Positions 9,836-19,254 of a stretch of DNA of 64,000 nt are shown here, in pieces (positions within the stretch are counted from its first letter, which is position 1; each line of letters begins with the position of its first letter). Source of the DNA: Chitinophagaceae bacterium (GTDB lineage Bacteria; Bacteroidota; Bacteroidia; Chitinophagales; Chitinophagaceae); contig JAXITL010000001.1 of NCBI GenBank assembly GCA_034680125.1, forward strand, positions 12,918-76,917. The letters are read 5' to 3'. The translations under genes and the position numbers were made by a program. The notes below the pieces were generated by a model. It did not search any database and was not told the DNA's origin. It saw only the letters and a program-made list of their open reading frames with translations.

Positions 9836-11071
9836 TTAAAAATTAAGTTGGGCTTGAAGTCTTAAAAGATTTCCTTTTTGAAGATTATTTTGTTTAGCAA
9901 AATCTTCGTAACGACGCTCTGACATTGTATACATCGCTACTAACTCAAAGTTCTTTACAGGCTCCCACTCTAAGCCAATTTCCAATTCTTTGACATCGTA
10001 ACTGCGGGCATCCTTTTCATGTTTTTTACCACCTTTATATTGATGATAGCGAACAAAAGGATAAAACAAATGATTTTTATACTTAGTTTTCATATTAAAA
10101 GTGACATAACCCCCTGATAAATCTCTTACTTCAATCGAATCGGTGATTTTATTAAACTCCGGACCTTTACCTATATTATACTCGGCTTGGATACCGAATG
10201 GCTGCGGATACCAAATTAATGATGCTGCCACACGTTGGTCTAAATAATTAAGATCTTTTACATATTTAACACCGCTACTCAAATTTGATTTACTCAGCAC
10301 AAAATCGCCAGTATACGCTTGAAGGCTAGCTTCAACGATTTGCTTCTTATACATAAAAGGATATGAAATACGAGCCGCGTAGTGCCTATCATTATTGAGT
10401 TCAGGATTATTGGCTGTTTGTCCATTATAAGCACCAATACCAAAAACACCATAATCGCCACTTCCTTTGAGACCAGAACTTACTAAATAAGCAAAGCGCT
10501 CACGTATGCGCTTGGGTGCCCAATAGAAAAATACACCAAGGTCGCGCTCATTAGACACCGCACTATTCAAAGCATCATTACGATCGAGGGGCAAACGGTT
10601 TTGACTCGATTGCATATTTTCAAAACCATAAGGCACTTTGCTCTGCCCTATTCTAAATCTGAATTCATTCTTTTTGTCAACACCCACATCCATATAGGCA
10701 TCCCTTAGCTGAACAAAATGCAATCTGTCGGAACTAGGACTACTGGCAAAGTCGGGTTGAACATAAAAATATACTTGCTTGCTCAGCTGACCATAAAAGA
10801 TAATACGCATACGACGAATAAAAAATCCACCATCCTTACCCCAAGATTTATCTCCTTGCTCATTCCCTAGGTTTTCATTGGTTTCTAATAAGCGATTGTA
10901 TCGCACTTGCATATAACCCCTAATAGAGAAAGTTTCATACCATTTGCGAGCGGGTGCTTTTGCTGCAGAATCAGGATGTGTTTTTACAGGGTCAAGGATT
11001 GAATTGTGTTGTGCATTCACTTGGAACTGCTGTGATACTAAAAAAATAGAAATAAATAAAATTCTGCGCAT
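9836..11071 (-). CDS. Outer-membrane porin, phosphate-selective porin O/P-like
   Basis: The signal peptide MRRILFISIFLVSQQFQVNAQ starts at the ATG at 11071. The sequence is beta-strand rich and ends in an aromatic residue (LRLQAQLNF). It is the first gene of the porin-DUF47-PiT string. Confidence 0.65.
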   Translation of the reverse strand: MRRILFISIFLVSQQFQVNAQHNSILDPVKTHPDSAAKAPARKWYETFSIRGYMQVRYNRLLETNENLGNEQGDKSWGKDGGFFIRRMRIIFYGQLSKQVYFYVQPDFASSPSSDRLHFVQLRDAYMDVGVDKKNEFRFRIGQSKVPYGFENMQSSQNRLPLDRNDALNSAVSNERDLGVFFYWAPKRIRERFAYLVSSGLKGSGDYGVFGIGAYNGQTANNPELNNDRHYAARISYPFMYKKQIVEASLQAYTGDFVLSKSNLSSGVKYVKDLNYLDQRVAASLIWYPQPFGIQAEYNIGKGPEFNKITDSIEVRDLSGGYVTFNMKTKYKNHLFYPFVRYHQYKGGKKHEKDARSYDVKELEIGLEWEPVKNFELVAMYTMSERRYEDFAKQNNLQKGNLLRLQAQLNF

Positions 11072-11092
11072 TATCTTTTGATTAATTTTGCG

Positions 11093-11100
11093 CAAAAGTA
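11093..11100 (-). promoter_or_regulatory. Candidate -7 promoter box for the porin/DUF47/PiT operon
   Basis: The minus strand reads TACTTTTG 21 nt upstream of the ATG at 11071. This argues against the longer ORF start at 11095. Confidence 0.4.
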
Positions 11101-11487
11101 TATTTCGGGGTCAATACAAAAAAGAAATAACCAAGACTTAATAATTACATAACATTGGAGTTAAACTAGTTTTGTAAAAGCAACTTTTTTTGTTTTATTT
11201 CTTTGCAAACAAGTTCCTCTGGAAAAAAGACTGTGTATAAAATTGATTATTAAATTTTTACAAAAAAAACAATCAGATAAATCCTTCCATAAGACCAAAA
11301 ACAACCTTGTTTAATCGTCAGCCCCAATATCAACTTGTTATTCAGAAAGCTCATCCTATTTACTAATCTATTATACGTTAGATTACGAACAGCGGGTCAG
11401 CCAATGCGCACCTTATAACCTTCAAGTCAAATCCTTTTTCAGGGCTGACTCTTCCAATAAAGCTTTCTTTTCCACTCCTTTCCTTTG

Positions 11488-11495
11488 TACATTTG
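11488..11495 (+). promoter_or_regulatory. Candidate -7 promoter box for paaZ
   Basis: TACATTTG lies 36 nt upstream of the ATG at 11532. Confidence 0.35.
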
Positions 11496-11531
11496 CCTTC
11501 GTTCTTCCAACTAAAAAAACTTCCATTTTAT

Positions 11532-13583
11532 ATGGCACATAAATTAGAAAATTACGTTCTCGGCAATTGGATTACAGGTGATGGCGAAGGCCAAGCGCTC
11601 TACAATGCCGTGAATGGCGACACTTTGGCTTATGCTTCTACCAAGGGGCTCAACAATGCTGATATATTGCATTATGCCCGCACAGTAGGTAATCCGGCCC
11701 TGCGTAAAATGACTTTTCAAGAGCGCGGATTGATGCTCAAAGCATTGGCTTTGCACTTACAAAAACACCTCGATAAATTCTACGCTATCAGCTACCAAAC
11801 AGGTGCTACCAAAGCTGATAGCTGGGTAGATATCGAAGGTGGTATTGGAAATCTTTTTGCCAATGCCTCACTGCGCCGCAAGTTCCCCGATACTTCTTTT
11901 TGCCTCGATGGCGAATCGCATATCCTCAGCAAAAAAGGCTCTTTTATGGGGCACCATTTATTGCTACCCAAAGAAGGTGTTGCGGTACATATCAATGCCT
12001 TCAATTTTCCGGTTTGGGGTATGCTGGAAAAAATTGCGGTAAACCTTTTGGCAGGTATGCCCGCTGTAGTAAAACCCGCAACGGTTACTTCTTTCCTTAC
12101 CGAAGCGGTAGTGCGCGAAATCATTGCCTCGGGTATTCTACCTGCTGGTGCTGTACAATTATTATGTGGTTCAGCGGGCGATTTATTAGACAATGTGATG
12201 TCCCAAGATGTGGTGACCTTCACGGGCTCGGCAAGTACCGGTTTGATGTTGAAATCGAGCAAAAGAATTCTAGAAGAATCCGTGCCTTTTAATATGGAGG
12301 CCGATTCGCTCAACTGTATGGTGCTGGGCGAAGATGTAACACCGGATATGCCGGAATGGGACATTTTTGTAAAAGAAGTGCGAAAAGAAATGACCACCAA
12401 ATGTGGTCAGAAATGTACAGCAGTGCGACGGATTTTTGTCCCTGAAAACAAAATGGAAGCGATGCAAGAAGCACTGAGCAAAGCTTTGGCTCAAACAACC
12501 ATTGGTAATCCACTGAACGAAAAAGTGCGTATGGGTTCGCTTGCGGGAAAAACCCAATTGCAGGAAGTAAAAGATCAGGTGCAAAAATTATTGGCCTCTT
12601 CGCAGCTCATTTATGGTTCGTTGGATAGCATTGATTTGATTGATGCCGATTGCCACAAAGGTTCCTTTATGAGTCCGCTCTTACTGCGCAACGAGCATCC
12701 TTTTACAGCAACAGCCACGCACGAGATAGAAGCTTTCGGGCCAGTATCTACTTTGATGCCTTACAAAAACATAGACGAAGCCATTGCTCTTTCCAAATTA
12801 GGTAAAGGTTCTTTGTGCAGCTCGATTATCACTGCCGACCCCAAAATCGCTACCGATTATGTGGTGGGTGCTGGCATGTACCATGGTCGTGTATTGGTTT
12901 TAAATAATGAATGTGCTAAAGAAAGTACCGGTCACGGTTCTCCCCTACCCTTATTGGTTCATGGCGGTCCTGGACGTGCTGGTGGTGGCGAAGAAATGGG
13001 TGGCTTGCGCGGTGTAAAACATTATATGCAGCGCGTGGCGATTCAAGGTTCACCATCCATGATTACGGCTATATCCCAACAATATCAGCAAGGTGCCAAA
13101 GGCAATGTGGATGGTGTTCATCCTTTCCAAAAAATGTTTGAAGACTTGAAAATTGGCGACCAGATTGTAACCGAAAAAAGAGTGATTACCAGTGAAGACA
13201 TCGACAAATTTGCCGACCTCTCTGGCGACCATTTTTATGCGCACATGAAGGATACCCATTTCGAAGGAACGATGTTTACGCATCAGGTGGCCCACGGTTA
13301 TTTTATCATGAGTGTGGCTGCAGGTTTGTTTGTGGATTCTTATAACATCAATCCTGTATTGCTCAATTATGGTATTGACGAATTGCGCTTCACCAAGCCT
13401 GTTTATCCTGGTACCAGTGTGTATGTGCGCTTTAGCTGTAAAGAAAAAATCCAACAAGAAACCAGAGATGAAAATGACATACCAAAGGGTATCGTTAAAT
13501 GGTTGGTAGAAATATTGGACGAAACAGATGAGCCATTGGTGGGTATCGCCACCATTTTGACGATGGTGAAGATGAAGGGATAA
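11532..13583 (+). CDS. paaZ: Bifunctional aldehyde dehydrogenase / MaoC-type hydratase (PaaZ-like)
   Basis: MAHKLENYVLGNWITGDGEG at the N-terminus, the ALDH catalytic Cys context GQKCTAVRRIFV, and a C-terminal hot-dog hydratase motif DLSGDHFYAH. Confidence 0.85.
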   Translation: MAHKLENYVLGNWITGDGEGQALYNAVNGDTLAYASTKGLNNADILHYARTVGNPALRKMTFQERGLMLKALALHLQKHLDKFYAISYQTGATKADSWVDIEGGIGNLFANASLRRKFPDTSFCLDGESHILSKKGSFMGHHLLLPKEGVAVHINAFNFPVWGMLEKIAVNLLAGMPAVVKPATVTSFLTEAVVREIIASGILPAGAVQLLCGSAGDLLDNVMSQDVVTFTGSASTGLMLKSSKRILEESVPFNMEADSLNCMVLGEDVTPDMPEWDIFVKEVRKEMTTKCGQKCTAVRRIFVPENKMEAMQEALSKALAQTTIGNPLNEKVRMGSLAGKTQLQEVKDQVQKLLASSQLIYGSLDSIDLIDADCHKGSFMSPLLLRNEHPFTATATHEIEAFGPVSTLMPYKNIDEAIALSKLGKGSLCSSIITADPKIATDYVVGAGMYHGRVLVLNNECAKESTGHGSPLPLLVHGGPGRAGGGEEMGGLRGVKHYMQRVAIQGSPSMITAISQQYQQGAKGNVDGVHPFQKMFEDLKIGDQIVTEKRVITSEDIDKFADLSGDHFYAHMKDTHFEGTMFTHQVAHGYFIMSVAAGLFVDSYNINPVLLNYGIDELRFTKPVYPGTSVYVRFSCKEKIQQETRDENDIPKGIVKWLVEILDETDEPLVGIATILTMVKMKG

Positions 13584-13644
13584 CATTTGGGGAATGTGCA
13601 TGAATGTGACCTAATGTGGGTAAGAACGGGTAAATAATAATTTA

Positions 13645-13678
13645 AAAAGCCGCTACAACATTTGTTGCAGCGGCTTTT
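13645..13678. terminator. Bidirectional rho-independent terminator
   Basis: AAAAGCCGCTACAACA pairs with TGTTGCAGCGGCTTTT with one mismatch. It lies between convergent paaZ and the PPIase gene. Confidence 0.75.
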
Positions 13679-13698
13679 TAACTAAGGGTATTCATTAT

Positions 13699-15666
13699 TT
13701 ATTTTACCAATTTCTTCAACTCTCCTTCGTTCACCGTTACAGGATATTGAGCGCGTAAAGCGGCATTCCAATCCTTTTCTAATTTATCTTGATAAGCCGA
13801 AACAATGTATCCGCGGGCATCGGCAAAAGCTTTGGTTTCTTTTTGTTTGAAGATTTGATCTGCTTTGACAACCGTGTAAGTATTATCTGCTTTCTTAAGA
13901 CCTTCACTGGCTTTGCCCAATACAATTTTGCTTTGAGGCACATCAGTAAATTTACCAAATTCATAGCGACCCACTTGTACACTAACGGCGTCACGTTTAG
14001 CTTCGCTGTTCATAGTTTTTACGAGTTCTTCATTAGTCATTCCTTTTTTGGCTAAAAGCTTCAATCCCTCTTTCAAAGCGACTTCGTCTTTAAAAGTATA
14101 TACTGCGCCTTTAAAACCTGGCTCCCATTGATACTTGTCTTTGTGGGTTTCATAGAATGCTTTCAAGCCTATAGTGTCTTTAGACGCTTTACCCCAAACA
14201 TTTCTGTCCATCAATTCGAACAACATAATGCCGTCTTTGTATTCTTGCATGAGGCTTTTGAATTCGGGATTTTCTTCAATCAATTTATGTTCTTGGAAAT
14301 CATTTACGACTTTGGTTAGGTACATTCCATACAACTCTCTAAACACTACATCTTTTCCTCCTGGAGCCAAAACACGGCCACGCGTAGTTGCACCCGCGAA
14401 ATTGATAAAATCATTTTGGGTATAATTTTTTCCAGCAAGACTAAACATAGTATTGTTGGCGCCCTTCAGAAAAGTATTGCTACTAAATTGACCCGCATCT
14501 TTGCCGGTATCTGCAATATTGTTTAATTGGCTTGCAATAGTCTCCCAAGCTTTCGGATTTTCTTTAAAACCGTTGGTGGTTTTTACTCTTTGGAAATATA
14601 GGTCTCTTGCTTGTTGGGCACGAGAGTCATTATCTACTTTGGTTTTGAATTCTTTTTGTACGGCTTCAAATGGTTTGACATCATACTTTTCAAGTAGCTT
14701 AATGAGGTGAATGCCATATTCGGTTTGTATTGGCTTGGATACCTCACCGGCATTTTTCAATCCAAAAGCTGCTTCTTCAAATGCAGGAACCATTCGTCCA
14801 ACACCAAATACAGGCAATTCTCCTTTAGCATCCTTAGAAAATTTATCTTCAGAATATTTCGTTACTAAAGATTCAAATGAAGCACCATTTTTTAGTTCTT
14901 TCTGAACCGAATCCATCTTTAATTTTGCCGTTGCAATAGCCGCATCGCCAGCAGATTTAGGTGTTGCAATTAATATCTGTGCCACTTTCACTTGTCCGCG
15001 TGCAGCTCTTTTATCCAATACTTTTACGATATGGTAACCGAAATTGGTACGGAATGGTTCAGAAACTTTACCTACCGCAGTGTTGTAGGCCGCATTCTCA
15101 AAACCATATACGGTTTGCAATGCGCTAAAATAACCGATATCGCCGCCATTCTTTTTGGAACCATTATCTTCCGAAAACGCTTTAGCCAATACTGCAAAAT
15201 CAACTTTTCCTTTAGTAGCAGCAGTGTACATACTATCTATCGTTTTTCTAAGTGCTAGGGTGTCTCTTCCGGGTTTGGTTAACAACAAAATATGAGCTAC
15301 ACGTAATTCTTGTTTTGAACGATCATAGGCTTCTTGCACCAATTTACCCACCATTTCTTCATCTGTCAAATAATTCTTGGATAATTGACGGCGATAATTA
15401 TCAATCTCGCTGGCAACAGAGGATGTCGTATCTAAATGTTGCTTATTGGCTTCAGCCACTTTCATCTTAAACAGCGCGTATAAATCTACATATTCGCGAA
15501 GTGCTTTCTCAGAATAATCAACTTTTTGAGCAGCATTATTCTTTTTGTACACACGCATAAATTCCGATTCTGCAACCGAGTTATTGCCATAAGTAAAAAT
15601 GGTTTGTGCCCTACTGCTTCCAAAAAATGCACTAGCTACAATGCTAGTCAAGATAAACTTCTTCAT
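13699..15666 (-). CDS. Periplasmic peptidyl-prolyl isomerase, SurA/PpiD-like with two parvulin domains
   Basis: Signal peptide MKKFILTSIVASAFFGSSRAQ (ATG at 15666). Two parvulin cores are present (VAHILLL...GYHIVKV and VAQILIA...GIHLIKL). Confidence 0.85.
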   Translation of the reverse strand: MKKFILTSIVASAFFGSSRAQTIFTYGNNSVAESEFMRVYKKNNAAQKVDYSEKALREYVDLYALFKMKVAEANKQHLDTTSSVASEIDNYRRQLSKNYLTDEEMVGKLVQEAYDRSKQELRVAHILLLTKPGRDTLALRKTIDSMYTAATKGKVDFAVLAKAFSEDNGSKKNGGDIGYFSALQTVYGFENAAYNTAVGKVSEPFRTNFGYHIVKVLDKRAARGQVKVAQILIATPKSAGDAAIATAKLKMDSVQKELKNGASFESLVTKYSEDKFSKDAKGELPVFGVGRMVPAFEEAAFGLKNAGEVSKPIQTEYGIHLIKLLEKYDVKPFEAVQKEFKTKVDNDSRAQQARDLYFQRVKTTNGFKENPKAWETIASQLNNIADTGKDAGQFSSNTFLKGANNTMFSLAGKNYTQNDFINFAGATTRGRVLAPGGKDVVFRELYGMYLTKVVNDFQEHKLIEENPEFKSLMQEYKDGIMLFELMDRNVWGKASKDTIGLKAFYETHKDKYQWEPGFKGAVYTFKDEVALKEGLKLLAKKGMTNEELVKTMNSEAKRDAVSVQVGRYEFGKFTDVPQSKIVLGKASEGLKKADNTYTVVKADQIFKQKETKAFADARGYIVSAYQDKLEKDWNAALRAQYPVTVNEGELKKLVK

Positions 15667-15764
15667 AGATGGCTTTATTATGCTAAAATTTAGTTCTAAG
15701 GTTAAAAAATGAAGTGTCTTAAAAAAGAACAATTTTTAAGACACTTCTGCAAGTTTACGATAAT

Positions 15765-17219
15765 TTATTTGGATGATTTCTTTTTAGCTTCGGCCTCCTG
15801 CATTTCTAACATGTCTAGGAGCGAGCTGATGTTGGAATGGTCAATTGTCTTACCCCGAATAATGCCTTTTTCATCCAATAAATAGATAGTAGGATTTACC
15901 CGTGCATTGTACATCGATTTGTAATTGCTTTTACGCTCTGGATCGTGAATATGTACCCAATCACTCAACTTATGTTTGATGATAAAATCTTTCCACGTTT
16001 GTTCTAATTGCTCCGCACAAATACCAATCATTTTAACCCCACGAGCCTTTAATTTTTCTGCTTTATAGGTAGAGTCAAGTGCAGGGATTTCTTTCATACA
16101 ATGGCCACAAGTAGGATCCCAAATTACAATCAATTTATATTTAGCTTGTATTTTGGAAACGCTTACCTCTTTACCCGAAGTATCTTTCATAACAATGTCA
16201 TACCCTACTTTACCAATAAGATTTGGACGAACATCATTGGCGTGTTGGCGGTGCTTTTCAAGCAATTCGTTGCTCAACCAGCTTGCATCACCTTTTTCAT
16301 AATAATTATCTACTAGATGCACGTATACCTTGTCCATACCCATCACTTTACTGTCTTGGCTAAAATTGGCCAACCAAGATAAAGTGTAGTTAAACATATC
16401 ACCTGTGCCGCGTGTTTGGGCCAATATCCAATCAGCTTCTTTAATTACCGAATCTGGCACTGGAATCACCAATTTTTCAAAGTATTCAGTAATACGCGCA
16501 TCGTAGATGGGAGTATTAATCAGACGAGCTTCTTTTAAATCATAATTATCCCAATAATGGCTTTTGTAAAAATTATAGGCATAATCTTTATCTTCTTTTC
16601 CGTCTGCTGTATAGTGCTTTCCTTCGGGCACTTTGGGTAATTCTAATCCTTTAAAAATTTTAGCTAAAAGGCTGTTGGGATTTTTTGCGACGAAATCGTT
16701 TCTGTAGCTAATCAGGGATTTCATTTTAACACCCATTTTTTCTTTAATGGCCGCACTATCGACACTGTTTTTGGCAAAACTCAATTGGGTCATCAATTGC
16801 TGATGCTCATCCCCAACTGAGCGAACAAATTCTTCGTATTTGATAAAGGATTCATTATCGGCAGAATTTTGAATCTTCAATCCTTTACTGGGCAGTTCTT
16901 TACTATTATCAATGGTAATAACAAGGTCATCGCCATTGTTCAATAAAAATTCAAAATAAGTTTTGCGGTCGGATAACATGATGAGGTACATGCCACCCGT
17001 GATTTTTTTATCACTCTTTAATACCGAAGCACCACTTTTATCGAGTTTACCAGAATCCGTTTTGTAAATGGTGGGCAAGGGCTTGGCAAAATAATGAGCC
17101 AAAAAATAAGACGAATCTTTAAGGTCCTTGAATTTTAACTGGATTTTGTACCCATCTTTTGCGGCCGACTGAAAGCACAATGCGCCAAGCAAAAAACTAA
17201 GTGAAAAAAGTTGTTTCAT
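15765..17219 (-). CDS. TlpA-like thiol:disulfide oxidoreductase with an N-terminal extension
   Basis: A signal peptide, and a C-terminal thioredoxin fold with the WDPTCGHCMKEIP CxxC motif. Confidence 0.8.
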   Translation of the reverse strand: MKQLFSLSFLLGALCFQSAAKDGYKIQLKFKDLKDSSYFLAHYFAKPLPTIYKTDSGKLDKSGASVLKSDKKITGGMYLIMLSDRKTYFEFLLNNGDDLVITIDNSKELPSKGLKIQNSADNESFIKYEEFVRSVGDEHQQLMTQLSFAKNSVDSAAIKEKMGVKMKSLISYRNDFVAKNPNSLLAKIFKGLELPKVPEGKHYTADGKEDKDYAYNFYKSHYWDNYDLKEARLINTPIYDARITEYFEKLVIPVPDSVIKEADWILAQTRGTGDMFNYTLSWLANFSQDSKVMGMDKVYVHLVDNYYEKGDASWLSNELLEKHRQHANDVRPNLIGKVGYDIVMKDTSGKEVSVSKIQAKYKLIVIWDPTCGHCMKEIPALDSTYKAEKLKARGVKMIGICAEQLEQTWKDFIIKHKLSDWVHIHDPERKSNYKSMYNARVNPTIYLLDEKGIIRGKTIDHSNISSLLDMLEMQEAEAKKKSSK

Positions 17220-17402
17220 AGGGGTGTTTTGTTGTTTTGTTAATAGTTTGGTGAAAATAGATGATTTGCAATTACCAGCATCAAAACTTTGTTTTCAGGG
17301 CTTTGGATTTTTAAGTTGGTTGCCAAAAATACTTTTGTTCCTGGCCACTAACCAATTTTATACCCTTAATTTGCATTTTATTAACCACTCAAACACTCTT
17401 TT

Positions 17403-18818
17403 TTGGCAAAGAAAAAACGAATAACCCTTCAAGATTTGGCAATTAATACCTACGCAGCAGAAGGTAAAAGCCTAGGCAACATGGCCGATGGTAAAGTAGT
17501 ATTTGTAGAAAATGTGATACCAGGCGATATAGTGGATGTGCGCATCACCAAAAACAAAAAAAGCTATGCCGAGGGGAAAATGACCCGTTTGGTAAAGCCT
17601 TCACCTTTGCGTATAACGCCCTTCTGCAGTCATTTTGGTGTCTGTGGTGGCTGTAAATGGCAAATGCTGCCCTACGACAAACAACTTGAATACAAACAAC
17701 AGCAAGTAGCCGACCAAATGCAACGTATTGGGCATGTTGCATTACCTGAAATGGAACCCATTGCAGGAAGTGCTCTACAAACTTTTTATAGAAACAAGCT
17801 GGAATTTACCTTTTCGAATAAACGCTACCGCACCATTGATGAAATCAATATTTTGGGCGATGCCGAAGTACCCCACGAGCAAGGTTTAGGTTTTCATGCT
17901 CCTGGACTGTTTGACAAGGTAGTACCTATTGACTTTTGTCATTTGCAAAACGAACCGACGAATAAAATCAGGAATTTGTTACGCGAATACACCACGGAAC
18001 ACAACTTGCCGTATTATGATTTCAGAGCGCATACGGGTTACATGCGCAACTTAATGATTCGGGTGAGTACAACTGGCGAAGTTTTGGTCAATCTGGTACT
18101 AAACGAAGACGATGAGGCAACAAGGAGGCCAATGCTAGAATATTTGCTGAAGGAAGTACCCGAGATATCTACCCTTTGTTACACCATCAATACCAAATGG
18201 AATGATAGTATTTATGACCTTGAAGTGCATACTTTCTCGGGCAAGGGTTTTATTACCGAAAAATTAGAAGAATATACCTTTAATATTTCACCTAAATCCT
18301 TCTTTCAAACGAATACCACCCAAGCAGAAAATCTATACCGGATCACAAGAGATTTTGCAGGATTGACGGGCAAAGAGGTTGTGTACGATTTGTATTGTGG
18401 CACCGGTAGTATTGGAATTTTTTGTTCTAAAAATGCGCATAAAATAATTGGCATCGAGCTGGTGGAACAGGCTATTGAGGATGCCAAACTAAATGCTGCT
18501 CAAAACAATATTGATCATGCACTTTTTTTTGCTGGCGATGTTTCGACTATTTGTACCGATTCGTTTTTTGCCGAACATGGCAAACCCGATGTGATTATCA
18601 CCGACCCACCACGTGCTGGAATGAGCGAAAAATTGGTGCAACAACTATTGAAAATGCGTGCGCCTAAAATCGTGTATGTCAGTTGTAACCCAGCTACACA
18701 GGCCCGAGATTTGGCTTTACTTACTGTTGATTATACAATCTCAAGAATGCGCCCTGTAGATATGTTTCCGCATACCCACCATATTGAAAATGTGGTGTTG
18801 TTGGAATTGGCAAATTAA
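17403..18818 (+). CDS. rlmD: 23S rRNA (uracil-C5)-methyltransferase RlmD/RumA
   Basis: TRAM-like N-terminus, Fe-S cysteines CSHFGVCGGCKWQ and SAM motif DLYCGTGSIG. The apparent start is a TTG. Confidence 0.85.
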   Translation: MAKKKRITLQDLAINTYAAEGKSLGNMADGKVVFVENVIPGDIVDVRITKNKKSYAEGKMTRLVKPSPLRITPFCSHFGVCGGCKWQMLPYDKQLEYKQQQVADQMQRIGHVALPEMEPIAGSALQTFYRNKLEFTFSNKRYRTIDEINILGDAEVPHEQGLGFHAPGLFDKVVPIDFCHLQNEPTNKIRNLLREYTTEHNLPYYDFRAHTGYMRNLMIRVSTTGEVLVNLVLNEDDEATRRPMLEYLLKEVPEISTLCYTINTKWNDSIYDLEVHTFSGKGFITEKLEEYTFNISPKSFFQTNTTQAENLYRITRDFAGLTGKEVVYDLYCGTGSIGIFCSKNAHKIIGIELVEQAIEDAKLNAAQNNIDHALFFAGDVSTICTDSFFAEHGKPDVIITDPPRAGMSEKLVQQLLKMRAPKIVYVSCNPATQARDLALLTVDYTISRMRPVDMFPHTHHIENVVLLELAN

Positions 18819-18844
18819 AATTCACTTACGAAGGCAATATAAAT

Positions 18845-18876
18845 GCACAAAAGGGACCAGATGGTCCCTTTTGTGC
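18845..18876. terminator. Bidirectional rho-independent terminator
   Basis: Near-perfect palindrome GCACAAAAGGGACCA / TGGTCCCTTTTGTGC. Confidence 0.75.
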
Positions 18877-18910
18877 TATAATGATGAATGAATTAGCTCA
18901 ATAATATTCA

Positions 18911-19132
18911 TTAAAAAAAGCCATACATGTCCTTTTCCTTTTTACTTTCGGCAATTTTTGCTTTTTTGTTCGCATAGTCACATTCCATACACACCTTGGC
19001 GCGCCATAAATTAGCCTTTCTGAATGCTTCTTTGGGCTTGTTAACGTTGCATTTTTTACACACTAAAAAATCTGGCTCGGGTACGCTCTCTTTGGATAAA
19101 GGAGTGAGGGTGATTTGATGCGACTTTTTCAT
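18911..19132 (-). CDS. Hypothetical small Lys-rich CxxC...CxxC protein
   Basis: 73 aa. CKKCNVNKPKEAFRKANLWRAKVCMEC forms a zinc-ribbon-like pair. It has its own terminator and is flanked by intergenic DNA. Confidence 0.45.
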   Translation of the reverse strand: MKKSHQITLTPLSKESVPEPDFLVCKKCNVNKPKEAFRKANLWRAKVCMECDYANKKAKIAESKKEKDMYGFF

Positions 19133-19254
19133 ACTCTAATTTTGTTTCAGATGGTAAATATAGATTATTTTTTGCTTTGGTTTTAGCTATTTTTCACCAA
19201 GTTTTCCCCAGTTTTGTATTTTTAACCTTATCATTACATATTAGTTATCAATCA

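Noticed and set aside
11544-13601. Long antisense ORFs inside paaZ (11792..12400, 202 aa; 13050..13601, 183 aa) and same-strand alternative-frame ORFs.
   Set aside because: They overlap a well-supported ALDH/MaoC coding frame. Their translations have no family resemblance. The 13050..13601 ORF would also run through the paaZ stop region toward the terminator.
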